This document shows positions 1-9,173 of a stretch of 32,000 bases of DNA, in pieces. The notes beneath the pieces are model-generated. The model worked only from the letters and a program-made list of their open reading frames with translations. It ran no database searches and had not been told where the DNA came from. The first letter of the stretch is position 1, and each line of letters opens with the position of its first letter. This DNA comes from Candidatus Baldrarchaeum yapensis (GTDB lineage Archaea; Asgardarchaeota; Baldrarchaeia; Baldrarchaeales; Baldrarchaeaceae): contig JAEOSH010000007.1 in NCBI GenBank assembly GCA_016840465.1, positions 30,202 through 62,201 on the forward strand, given 5' to 3'. The translations under genes were made by a program, and so were the position numbers.

Positions 1-2
1 TA

Positions 3-485
3 AATGAAATTTTACTTTTCCATCATGAGTATCTCGGGAATCATTACGAAATCCTACTTATACCCCGTCCATACAGCTTCGAAATGATAGAGATATGGAT
101 GCCGCGGAGTGTGTGGGTCAGCGGAAAGAATCCTTCTGTTTTTGTAAACTGGGAGCTACATGATGGAAGAGCACAGGAGATGGATGGCGGATACTATGCG
201 GTTAGGTTACCGGTACTTGAGTATTTAAGGCGCATAAAAAGGCAGGCATGTGTGATAGCGGTAAGAGAAATAAGACCGGAATATTATGCTCCTGTCGGCA
301 ACTGGCAAATAAGAGAAAACGTGAGAGCGGCGCTTTCGAGAAATCCTGAGGTGTTTGATGACGTACGCGAGGCCATTGCGAGAATGTCATCACGTTTGAA
401 AACATCACTCCACCTGTGGCTTCCAAAGTCGTATTTACTCAAATTGTTGGAGAAGCAAACAATATTGGACTCATTTCTCCGATGA
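3..485 (+). CDS. nreA: DNA repair protein NreA (Nre/DUF650 C-terminal part), 5'-truncated by the window edge
   Basis: Frame is open from base 3 (NEILLFHHEYLGNHYEILLIPRPYSFEMIEIW...). Nre motifs GGYYAVRLPVLEYL and EYYAPVGNWQIRENVR are present, and the C-terminus has a PIP-box-like QTILDSF. Confidence 0.9.
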   Translation, partial: NEILLFHHEYLGNHYEILLIPRPYSFEMIEIWMPRSVWVSGKNPSVFVNWELHDGRAQEMDGGYYAVRLPVLEYLRRIKRQACVIAVREIRPEYYAPVGNWQIRENVRAALSRNPEVFDDVREAIARMSSRLKTSLHLWLPKSYLLKLLEKQTILDSFLR

Positions 486-496
486 GCACAATTTCT

Positions 497-1429
497 CTAT
501 TGGATCTTCAGAACAACATTATCTCCGACCGATAGACCTATATGCTCCGCTATCGGCGGGCACTTGACCCTCAATATCAAGAATACCGGTTTCTCGAGGC
601 GCCCTATGAAGTGCGTGAACGTCTCGTAATTTGATTGTCCTTTTGCAATTACGAAATCGCAACTCCTATAAACTTCGATGAACTTCCTAGACATTCTCCT
701 AAAATCGACTCCCAAGATGTTATTTCCGGTGCTTATGATCTCGGCATACTTGTCGATACCCACGTATCTCGCATCCTCTACCGTGGCGTCATTGGAAATC
801 GGCGCGTCCTTTGCAGCATAATAAACTTTCAATCCCATCTCTACCAAGAATCTGACAAGTATTCTGTCAAATGCCGTCTCTCCCGCGTTATCTCCAATGT
901 ATAACACGATCCTGCTCTCCTTAATTTTCTTTAACAGCAATGACAGGTCGTTTACTGCAAAGCCACGCTCAAGAATCTCTTTGTATATTCCAGTTAACTG
1001 ATTGAGATCAAATTTGTGCAGAGCACTTCCATAATCTATGACGTTCCCCGTAATTGCGGCAGCAACCGCTTTGTATAACCGTTTATAGACATCCTTCTCC
1101 GAGAACACATCCTCTTCTACCTTCGCCGCAACCGCCATCCCCATCCTATTGCTCTCTTCCTTTAACACTTTATAGGGATCCGGGTTTCCCGTCACGTCTG
1201 CAATCTCCCAGTAGAGTTCTGTCGCAATCCACGCCGGTCTATCCATAACCATCTCATCAAACCTATCATGCAATATCGCCAGCACCCTTTTTATCGCTTT
1301 GAACTTCTTTTCCTCATCTGGCGTTGAGAGATCTATCGTTTTTATCGCAACATCCAGAAGACAGAGAAAACACACGGGTTTTGTGATGCTTCTCCTTAAC
1401 TCCTCTGGTGAGACCTTCCTTTCGCCCAT
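497..1429 (-). CDS. DUF89/ARMT1-like damage-control metal-dependent phosphatase
   Basis: N-terminal CxxC (CFLC), AITGNVIDYG, DNAGE and KGQSNYE motifs. Start moved to ATG 1429, which follows a GGTGA SD and avoids overlap with the upstream gene. Confidence 0.88.
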   Translation of the reverse strand: MGERKVSPEELRRSITKPVCFLCLLDVAIKTIDLSTPDEEKKFKAIKRVLAILHDRFDEMVMDRPAWIATELYWEIADVTGNPDPYKVLKEESNRMGMAVAAKVEEDVFSEKDVYKRLYKAVAAAITGNVIDYGSALHKFDLNQLTGIYKEILERGFAVNDLSLLLKKIKESRIVLYIGDNAGETAFDRILVRFLVEMGLKVYYAAKDAPISNDATVEDARYVGIDKYAEIISTGNNILGVDFRRMSRKFIEVYRSCDFVIAKGQSNYETFTHFIGRLEKPVFLILRVKCPPIAEHIGLSVGDNVVLKIQ

Positions 1430-1452
1430 CAGCATCACCACAATATGGGGAT

Positions 1453-2349
1453 TTATTTGTCTGTTTGTAAAATCCTCGCAAGCATCTCGATTATGAATAT
1501 CGAGCATAGCGAACACGTTATGCCGTTACTGTCATAGGTTGGCGTCACTTCTACCAAGTCAAATCCCACAACATCTCCCCTAATACCGCGAATCAGAGTT
1601 ATAAGTTCGGTGGGAGAAAGACCAGCTGGCTCGGGGTTCGATACCCCAGGAGCCCATGCGGGATCTATGACGTCGACATCTAAACTGACATACACGACGT
1701 CAGTATCCTCGAAAATTTCCGTGATTTTCCTTATAATCATCCTAATATCCTTTTTTACAACATCAGAACTAATTACGTTGAGCCCCAATTTTCTAGCGTC
1801 CCGATACTCATTAGGTACCGTAGAATACCCCCTGAACCCGATAACCGCAATATTTCTGGGATTTACGTTACATTTCTCAATAATGTTTCTGAGTACAGTC
1901 GCATATGATAGTCGGAACCCCCGCGGATACTCCTTCATGAAATCCAAATGTGCATCAAGCCAAAGTATCCCGAGTGATCCGACATTTTTAGAAATACCTC
2001 TAATTATCGGGAAAGAGATGCTGTGGTCCCCGCCCATTGCCACAAACGGCACTCCCTCGGAGGAGATTCTCATGAAAGCATCCTCTATGAGCGAAAGACA
2101 TCTGTTAATGCTAAAGAAAAATGCAAACTTCAAATTTCCCGCATCTCCAATACTTCCCTCGCAAACGTCGATATCAAGATCCGGGATCCACCCGCTATAA
2201 ATCAAAGATGCACGTCTTATAGCATCTGGTGCCTTTTTTGACCCCTTACGGGAAAAGCACAGCCTATCGAACGGTACTCCAATAATAATCGCTTGTAACC
2301 CTCTTATTTCGTCCAACCTGACACGTGGAAAGTTTAGGAAGGTTACCAT
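1453..2349 (-). CDS. Ureohydrolase (agmatinase/arginase family) with a variant active-site loop
   Basis: GVPFD, GGDHSIS, WLDAHLD and SLDVDVIDPAWAPG metal-binding motifs. ATG 2349 overlaps the upstream stop (TAATG). Confidence 0.88.
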   Translation of the reverse strand: MVTFLNFPRVRLDEIRGLQAIIIGVPFDRLCFSRKGSKKAPDAIRRASLIYSGWIPDLDIDVCEGSIGDAGNLKFAFFFSINRCLSLIEDAFMRISSEGVPFVAMGGDHSISFPIIRGISKNVGSLGILWLDAHLDFMKEYPRGFRLSYATVLRNIIEKCNVNPRNIAVIGFRGYSTVPNEYRDARKLGLNVISSDVVKKDIRMIIRKITEIFEDTDVVYVSLDVDVIDPAWAPGVSNPEPAGLSPTELITLIRGIRGDVVGFDLVEVTPTYDSNGITCSLCSIFIIEMLARILQTDK

Positions 2350-3626
2350 TACGGACACACGTGGAACTTGTCTCCAGGCGCAGGACAGTATGCCTCGATG
2401 CCATAAATCTCCCTTAACTCGTTAGCCAACCCAATGGTCGACTCCTCATCACCATGAACCGTGAAAACAGTTGCACCATTGCATACTTTAGTTAACATGG
2501 AAAGTAGTTCGGTCCGGCCCGAGTGAGATGACAATTCAAAGTATCTTATTTCCGCCTTTACCTCCTTTTCCTTTCCACCAATTCTTATCTTCTTCGTCTC
2601 CAGGATTTCCCTGCCTGGCGTCCCCTTAACCTGATATGAAACGTAGAATAGCGCACTAGTCGGGTCGTTGTATATGTACTTTAAGTACCAGTCAGCAGAT
2701 CCTCCAACCAACATGCCTGCCGGTGAAACTATGACGCTGGGGCTTGAAATTACCTTATACCGCTCGTTTGCATCCTGTATCCATTTCACGCTTTTAAGGG
2801 CCTCGACCAGAAGATTGTAATCCTTCACAGCCTCCGGATGTTGTAGTAGTATTCTACTCGCGTGTCTTGCCATCCCGTCAAGAACAACTCTTCCATCGAA
2901 CCCGTATTTTCTGAAAATACACAGAACCTCCTGTGACCTGCCAACCGAAAATGCGGGTATCAGCACCACGCCGCCTCTTTCCAAAACTTCTTTAGTGGCC
3001 TCTATAAGCTTTCTCTCCTCCCTCTTCCGTGGCGGATGATCTCTAAGCGCGTATGTGCTCTCAGTTATTATTACATCGACGTGTCCGATCTCCGTATCCG
3101 CAGGCCTTAGCAGTTGGGTCTCCCTGGTGTTTATATCCCCGGTGTACCAGATTCTCACCCCATCAATATCGAGTAATATCGATGCGCTACCCGGTATGTG
3201 CCCGGCGTCGAGCAATTTTACTCTTATCCTATCATTAATGTTGTACCACGTGTTCGGATTCAGGAGAATGGCATTGTTGCGCATCAGCTTGACTTCTCTC
3301 TTACTGAACGGCAGCGGTTCTCTTGCGACATTGAACATGTCATAGATTAGGAGTTCCGTAAGGTCGAGGGTTGCAGGGGTCATTATCACGGGTACTTCTG
3401 AAAAGTTAAACAGCAGTGGTATTGCCCCACTATGGTCAATGTGGGCGTGAGTTAGTATTACTGCATCCAGATGCACGACGTCGCATGGTAGTGGCCATTC
3501 TATCTTTTTAGAGGGTGTGGCACCATAATCCAGCAAAATTCTTCCTTCTTCACACTCGACAAGTATTGCAGAGCATCCTACTTTTCTCGCGCCACCAAGA
3601 AACCTTAACGTGACCTCTTTCTTCAT
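2349..3626 (-). CDS. MBL-fold beta-CASP ribonuclease without KH domains (aCPSF2/aCPSF1b-like)
   Basis: FLGGARKVGCS, THAHIDH, AGHIPGS, YTGD, ESTY, SSH and VHGD motifs. Start at ATG 3626 after a GGAG SD. Confidence 0.88.
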   Translation of the reverse strand: MKKEVTLRFLGGARKVGCSAILVECEEGRILLDYGATPSKKIEWPLPCDVVHLDAVILTHAHIDHSGAIPLLFNFSEVPVIMTPATLDLTELLIYDMFNVAREPLPFSKREVKLMRNNAILLNPNTWYNINDRIRVKLLDAGHIPGSASILLDIDGVRIWYTGDINTRETQLLRPADTEIGHVDVIITESTYALRDHPPRKREERKLIEATKEVLERGGVVLIPAFSVGRSQEVLCIFRKYGFDGRVVLDGMARHASRILLQHPEAVKDYNLLVEALKSVKWIQDANERYKVISSPSVIVSPAGMLVGGSADWYLKYIYNDPTSALFYVSYQVKGTPGREILETKKIRIGGKEKEVKAEIRYFELSSHSGRTELLSMLTKVCNGATVFTVHGDEESTIGLANELREIYGIEAYCPAPGDKFHVCP

Positions 3627-3676
3627 TTTTCTCTCCACTATGGGTTTTCGCTCTTTGTTGAAAGGAGAGACTATGA

Positions 3677-3683
3677 ATTTAAA
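3677..3683 (-). promoter_or_regulatory. Putative TATA box (TTTAAAT) for the beta-CASP/ureohydrolase/DUF89 unit
   Basis: TTTAAAT on the minus strand about 50 nt upstream of ATG 3626. Confidence 0.4.
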
Positions 3684-3760
3684 GCTTATGATAGCAAGAA
3701 CACCGGACGGCAAAATAATCAGATCAGCGTGCTCGGAATGGACTAGGGTGTGAGAAAAAG

Positions 3761-6700
3761 TTACCAGAATATAGAGGGAAGGTATTCCCAGTATTCATCG
3801 AGTGCCAGCACCTGCATTTTTCCAAAACCTCCAAGTTCCCTGTACTCCCTGATAGCTCTCACTATCGCCGCCGCGAGTTCGAGATTCGTAACGACTGGAA
3901 TGTTGAACTCAACGGCCTTTCTCCTTATGAGATACTCATCCTCCAGCATTGCGGAGTACTTTTCCAGCGTTATACTGGAGGGTATATTTATTACTAGAGA
4001 GATCTTCCGATCTACAATGTAATCCCATATATTGGGCTTCCGTTCCGGCTCACTTATCTTGTATAGCACGTGTGCGTTTATCCCATGCTCCCTTAATGCC
4101 TCAGCGGTATGCTCTGTTGCGTAGATCTTAAATCCTAAACTCTCCAACTCCTTCGCTATCGGGATTATCGCCTTCTTAAGTTCCGGTCCACCGACCGATA
4201 TTAATACCGACCCGCCGTCTACCGGAACCTTAAAACCAGCCGCAAACAGCGCCTTTATCAGCGCCTCGGAAAAGTGGAACCCGAAGCAAGCGACTTCCCC
4301 GGTGCTCACCATTTCAACTCCCACTACGGGGTCCGCGCCATCCAGTCTCATGAATGAGAACTGCGGCACCTTCACGCCCACATAAGGTAGGTTCTCAAAG
4401 TTATTCGGAATATTGAGTTCTCTGAGTTTCTTGCCAAGAATGACTGCGGTGGCAACCTCCATCAGGTTAACTCCTATTGTTTTACTTACGAACGGCATGC
4501 TCCTAGACGCCCTCAGATTGCATTCTATTACGTACACGGTGCCGTTCTTGACCAAGTACTGTATGTTGAAGGGTCCTCGAATGCGTAAGGCTCTTGCAAT
4601 CTTCCACGTGTACTCCCTTATCTTGTCGAGTATCTCGGATGAAATCGTCTGCGGCGGAATACTCATAGTTGCATCTCCGCTATGCACACCGGCATTTTCC
4701 ACATGCTCTATTATCGCACCTATGAACACATCCTCCCCATCAGATACCGCGTCGACCTCGACCTCGCGTGCACCCATTATGAACTTGCTAATAACAACCG
4801 GATGCTCCTCCGAAACCTTTGCGGCCTCCATAAGATACTTCCTTAATTGCGTCGGCGTATAAGCGACGTTCATCGCGGATCCGGATAATACGTAACTGGG
4901 CCGCACGAGCACCGGATACCCTATCTTCCTAGCGAACTCCTCCGCATCCTCTATACTTGTGAACTCACTCCATGGAGGTTGTGGAATTCCCAACTCATCT
5001 AGCAGTTTGCTGAACTTTGCCCTATCCTCGGCCCTATCTATGCTCTCCGCCGATGTGCCTAAGATGTTAACACCAGCCCTCGCTAACTTTAACGCTAAGT
5101 TGTTCGGAATCTGTCCTCCCACCGATAAGATTACGCCGAGAGGCCCCTCCTTCTCCACGATGTCAAGCACCCTTTCAACGGTCAGTTCCTCGAAATAAAG
5201 TTTGTCGGTGATGTCATAGTCGGTTGAAACAGTTTCGGGGTTGTAATTTATTATGATGACCTCGTCTATGCCGTTCCTCTTGAGCGCCCACACCGTGTTA
5301 ACCGAACACCAGTCGAATTCAACAGATGACCCTATTCGGTAAGTTCCGGAACCGAGCACTATGACCTTTTTCTTTTCGTTCGAAAAGGATATGTCGTCCT
5401 CCTCTCCACCATACGTTACATATAAATAATTTGTCTTTGCGGGCCACTCTGCGGCGAGAGTGTCTATCTGCTTAACAACGGGAACTACACCGAGCTCCTT
5501 TCTTAACCTCCTAACCTCCTCCTCTTTCATTCCCCAGCATCGTGCAATCTGCGCATCACTGAATCCCAGGCGTTTAGCCTCCTTTAACAACCTTTTGAGG
5601 AACTTTTTATCTTTAAATTTCTCCCTAGGAATTGCCCTGAGCCTTCTCTCCATGTCAACTATATTCTTTATCCTGTAAAGGAACCACTTGTCTATGCCAG
5701 TCAATTTGTAAATTTCGTCAATCGAGAGCCCCATTTTGATTGCCTTAACTATCTTAAAGAGACGCTCGTCCGTCGGGTTCTTTAAAACATCAATTACCTT
5801 CTCAAGTGGCTCGGGCTCGTCATCATCGGGGTTGCATACGAGGCCTACCTTTCCTATGTCCAGCATTCTGACAGCTTTCTGAATAGCCTCTTCGAAACAC
5901 CTGCCTATCGCCATTACCTCTCCTACGCTCTTCATCTGGGTCCCTATCCGCCTGCTAACTCTACGGAACTTTCTGAAGTCCCATCTCGGTATCTTCACAA
6001 CAACGTAATCAAGGGCAGGCTCAAAGCACGCCGTGGTGATTCCCGTCACTTTGTTCAACAGTTCCGGAAGCGTGTACCCTATCGCGAGTTTTGCAGCAAT
6101 ATATGCGAGGGGATATCCCGTCGCTTTCGAGGCAAGGGCTGAACTTCGTGAGAGGCGCGGATTAAGTTCTATTGCTCGATAATCCTCCGAACTTGGACTG
6201 AGAGCAAACTGTATGTTGCATTCGCCGACTATTTTTAATTCACGAACAATCCTTATACTTGCCGCGCGTAAGAGATGATATTCCGTATTTGTGAGAGTCT
6301 GCGAGGGTGCTATGACTATACTTTCCCCGGTATGTATTCCCATGGGATCAAAATTCTCCATATTGCATACGGTTATGCAGTTGTCCTCATAATCCCTAAC
6401 AACCTCGTACTCTATCTCCTTCCACCTGTCTAAATACTCCTCCACTAGTATCTGTCCGATCATGCTTTGGGCAAGTCCTCTTCTGGCTATCTCTATGAGT
6501 TCCTCCCTATTGCGGGCAACACCCGATCCCTTACCACCGAGAGCATAGGCCACACGAACTATAACAGGATACCCTATCTCTTCCGCAATCTCAACGGCTT
6601 CCTCGACGGAAAATGCCGATCTGCTTTTCGGTATCGGAACATTGGCTCTCATCATCGCCTGCCTGAAAAGTTCCCTGTCTTCCGCTATTTTTATTGATTC

Positions 6701-7060
6701 TATCGAGGTTCCCAGAACCTCAACACCGTACTTCTCAAAGACTCCCCTCTCTGCGAGTTCTACTCCACAGTTAAGGGCCGTCTGTCCTCCAAACCCGAGT
6801 AGTATTCCATCGGGTCTTTCTTTCTTTATGACCTCTTCCACGAACTCCGGACTCACGGGCAAAAGATAAACCTTATCGGCGAGCCTAGGATCCGTCTGGA
6901 TCGTTGCAACGTTCGGGTTCACGAGTATGGTCTTTATACCCTCCTCCTTAAGGGCCTTCAACGCTTGGCTTCCCGAGTAGTCGAACTCCCCTGCCTCTCC
7001 AATTTTTATTGCGCCGCTTCCCAGTATTATTACCTTCTTTATCCACTCAAACCTAGGCAT
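3761..7060 (-). CDS. carB: Carbamoyl-phosphate synthase large subunit
   Basis: 1099 aa with GSGAIKIGEAGEFDYSG, duplicated ATP-grasp domains (IELNPRLSRSSALASKATG; IECNLRASRSMPF) and a C-terminal MGS-like domain. Confidence 0.98.
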   Translation of the reverse strand: MPRFEWIKKVIILGSGAIKIGEAGEFDYSGSQALKALKEEGIKTILVNPNVATIQTDPRLADKVYLLPVSPEFVEEVIKKERPDGILLGFGGQTALNCGVELAERGVFEKYGVEVLGTSIESIKIAEDRELFRQAMMRANVPIPKSRSAFSVEEAVEIAEEIGYPVIVRVAYALGGKGSGVARNREELIEIARRGLAQSMIGQILVEEYLDRWKEIEYEVVRDYEDNCITVCNMENFDPMGIHTGESIVIAPSQTLTNTEYHLLRAASIRIVRELKIVGECNIQFALSPSSEDYRAIELNPRLSRSSALASKATGYPLAYIAAKLAIGYTLPELLNKVTGITTACFEPALDYVVVKIPRWDFRKFRRVSRRIGTQMKSVGEVMAIGRCFEEAIQKAVRMLDIGKVGLVCNPDDDEPEPLEKVIDVLKNPTDERLFKIVKAIKMGLSIDEIYKLTGIDKWFLYRIKNIVDMERRLRAIPREKFKDKKFLKRLLKEAKRLGFSDAQIARCWGMKEEEVRRLRKELGVVPVVKQIDTLAAEWPAKTNYLYVTYGGEEDDISFSNEKKKVIVLGSGTYRIGSSVEFDWCSVNTVWALKRNGIDEVIIINYNPETVSTDYDITDKLYFEELTVERVLDIVEKEGPLGVILSVGGQIPNNLALKLARAGVNILGTSAESIDRAEDRAKFSKLLDELGIPQPPWSEFTSIEDAEEFARKIGYPVLVRPSYVLSGSAMNVAYTPTQLRKYLMEAAKVSEEHPVVISKFIMGAREVEVDAVSDGEDVFIGAIIEHVENAGVHSGDATMSIPPQTISSEILDKIREYTWKIARALRIRGPFNIQYLVKNGTVYVIECNLRASRSMPFVSKTIGVNLMEVATAVILGKKLRELNIPNNFENLPYVGVKVPQFSFMRLDGADPVVGVEMVSTGEVACFGFHFSEALIKALFAAGFKVPVDGGSVLISVGGPELKKAIIPIAKELESLGFKIYATEHTAEALREHGINAHVLYKISEPERKPNIWDYIVDRKISLVINIPSSITLEKYSAMLEDEYLIRRKAVEFNIPVVTNLELAAAIVRAIREYRELGGFGKMQVLALDEYWEYLPSIFW

Positions 7061-8300
7061 GTCTCCTCACCATTCTCAAGAACTCGTCGAAGAGGTGGCT
7101 CGTATCAACCGGACCCGGCGACGCCTCAGGATGAAACTGTACTGAGAATGCAGGCATCTTCTTATGCCGAATGCCCTCAATCGTCTTGTCGTTCACGTTT
7201 ATAAACCACAACTCTAGATCTGTGCCCTTAAGGGAGTCCATGCTGACGGCGTAGCCGTGATTCTGTGAGGTGATAAAGCATCTTCCGCTTTGAATTTCCA
7301 TACATGGCTGATTTTGGGATCTATGGCCATATTTGAGTTTATAGGTATCAGCACCCATCGATAAGGCGAGTATCTGGTTTCCCAAACATATTCCGAAGAA
7401 AGGAATTCCCCCCTCTACGATCTCTCTCACAGCGTCTACCGTCTCCCTCACCATCTTCGGATCTCCCGGACCATTGCTTGCAAGTACACCGTCAGGCTTG
7501 AACTCCAATATTTCATCGGCGGGCATGTCGTATGGGGTTCTTATAACCTCCGCTCCCCGTGCAAGAAGACTTCTAATAATATTTAGTTTAACACCGCAAT
7601 CTATCACCACTATCCGATACTTTGGCCTCGGAACGGTGTGAATCACGGGTTCCTTGGGACTCACATATTTTACCAGATTCTCAGTGTTCGGATCCTCCAT
7701 TTTTCTCAGTTTCTCAAACAATTTCTCGAAAGGAATGTCATCATCCGAGTCGAAAAATGCAATCATCCCCTTCATTACGCCGTATTCCCGAAGCCTCCTC
7801 ACAAGCGCCCTCGTATCTATACCTTCTATCCCTGGTATCCCCTCTTCCAGTAGCCAGTCGTGTAGTGACCGACTCGATGACCAATGACTTGGTTGCTTGC
7901 ATAATTCGTTAACTACTAAGCCGCGTACCTTTATTCCCATGGACTCAAAATACCGCGGAAGTCCGTACTCATCCTTCACGGAATATGACGGAACTCCATA
8001 ATTTCCAATGTGAGGATATGTTAAGACGAGTATCTGCCCGTAATATGAAGGATCCGTTAATGTTTCGGGATACCCTACCATTCCAGTATTAAAGACGACC
8101 TCTCCATATGTGTCGGTGGGGGAGCCGAAGGCCTTGCCTATAAAAAAGCTTCCGTTCTCTAATAGTAGTACGGCGACCTTCTCCGTATCATCCTCGTAAT
8201 AGCCCAGAGGAATGTCACCAGCCGTCAGGGCGAAACCCTCAGAGACATAGGAAGGTACTTTTTTAAGGTTTTTGGTATCTTTCGGATCATAATGGCACAA
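7053..8300 (-). CDS. carA: Carbamoyl-phosphate synthase small (glutaminase) subunit; start uncertain (TTG 8300 or CTG 8207)
   Basis: GEVVFNTGMVGYPETLTDPSY, SNGPGDP, GICLG (catalytic Cys) and QFHPE. Overlaps the carB start by 8 nt. Confidence 0.97.
   Translation of the reverse strand: MCHYDPKDTKNLKKVPSYVSEGFALTAGDIPLGYYEDDTEKVAVLLLENGSFFIGKAFGSPTDTYGEVVFNTGMVGYPETLTDPSYYGQILVLTYPHIGNYGVPSYSVKDEYGLPRYFESMGIKVRGLVVNELCKQPSHWSSSRSLHDWLLEEGIPGIEGIDTRALVRRLREYGVMKGMIAFFDSDDDIPFEKLFEKLRKMEDPNTENLVKYVSPKEPVIHTVPRPKYRIVVIDCGVKLNIIRSLLARGAEVIRTPYDMPADEILEFKPDGVLASNGPGDPKMVRETVDAVREIVEGGIPFFGICLGNQILALSMGADTYKLKYGHRSQNQPCMEIQSGRCFITSQNHGYAVSMDSLKGTDLELWFINVNDKTIEGIRHKKMPAFSVQFHPEASPGPVDTSHLFDEFLRMVRRHA
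8254..8270 (-). promoter_or_regulatory. Putative TATA/BRE element (AACCTTAAAAAAGTACC) upstream of carA
   Basis: A/T-rich TTAAAAAA box preceded by an A-rich stretch, about 50 nt upstream of the CTG that follows a GGTGA SD. Confidence 0.4.
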
Positions 8301-8750
8301 CTAAGTTACATATGTATCATTGGAGGGAATGAAGACGGTATTTGTGACCGAGGCAAGCAATTTAGCACGTACCATGTATAACATAGAGGCAATGTTCACG
8401 TTCCTCTTAAACTCGATAACTTACCTAAAATCGGAATCGAATATTCACAGTATCCATTTTCTTGATACAGATTGTTATTCTGCAAATGAGAGCGTATCCG
8501 CGTATCATATGGCGATGGACTTTAAATCGGGAAAAACATTCCTATTGGAGTTTATTATCGTGAGAACATATGCCCCGCTTTGGTTAGAGGCACGACTCTT
8601 TAAACGATCTTTTGGGGAAATAGTCACGGTAGTATGCGGAGCGTTTTATAGAAAATTCCAAGCAATATCGTTACCATTCGTGTGTATGAATCCCCATTTG
8701 GAATCCTTTAAGCGAAATTTATTTTTTGGTGATTTCCTTAATATAATCTG

Positions 8751-9173
8751 GTGTTGAAATTGCTCGATGAACTGGACAAGCGGATTATCGAAATATTAAA
8801 AGAGGATGCTAGGACGCCTTTCACCACCATAGCTAGCAAGTTAGGTATCTCTGAAGCAGCGGTAAGGAAGAGAGTCCGAAGGCTTGTCGACTCCGGTGTC
8901 ATAAAGAAATTCACTATAGAAACGTCTATGGAGGGTGGCGCGCAGGCTATTGTAATGTTATCCGTCAATACAAAAATTCCGTGCCCCGAAATATCGAGGG
9001 AAGTGAGAAAAATAGAAGGAGTACGTGCAGTTTATGAGGTATCAGGCGAATACGATATTGTGGTGTTTCTGAACGGTCCGGATAATGATGCGCTCAACCG
9101 TATGATCGATGAGATAAGAAAAATAAATGGCGTTCTTAAGACGACAACAATGGTAATATTGAAGGCGTGGTGA
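8751..9173 (+). CDS. lysM: Lrp/AsnC family transcriptional regulator, LysM-like
   Basis: HTH DARTPFTTIASKLGISEAAVRKRV plus a RAM domain. The KFTIE, IPCPEIS, GEYDI and ILKAW segments resemble crenarchaeal LysM. Confidence 0.8.
   Translation: MLKLLDELDKRIIEILKEDARTPFTTIASKLGISEAAVRKRVRRLVDSGVIKKFTIETSMEGGAQAIVMLSVNTKIPCPEISREVRKIEGVRAVYEVSGEYDIVVFLNGPDNDALNRMIDEIRKINGVLKTTTMVILKAW

Noticed and set aside
8320-8757. 145-aa + strand ORF between carA and lysM
   Set aside because: No recognisable motif, atypical composition and overlap with the lysM start. More likely regulatory DNA, though not excluded.
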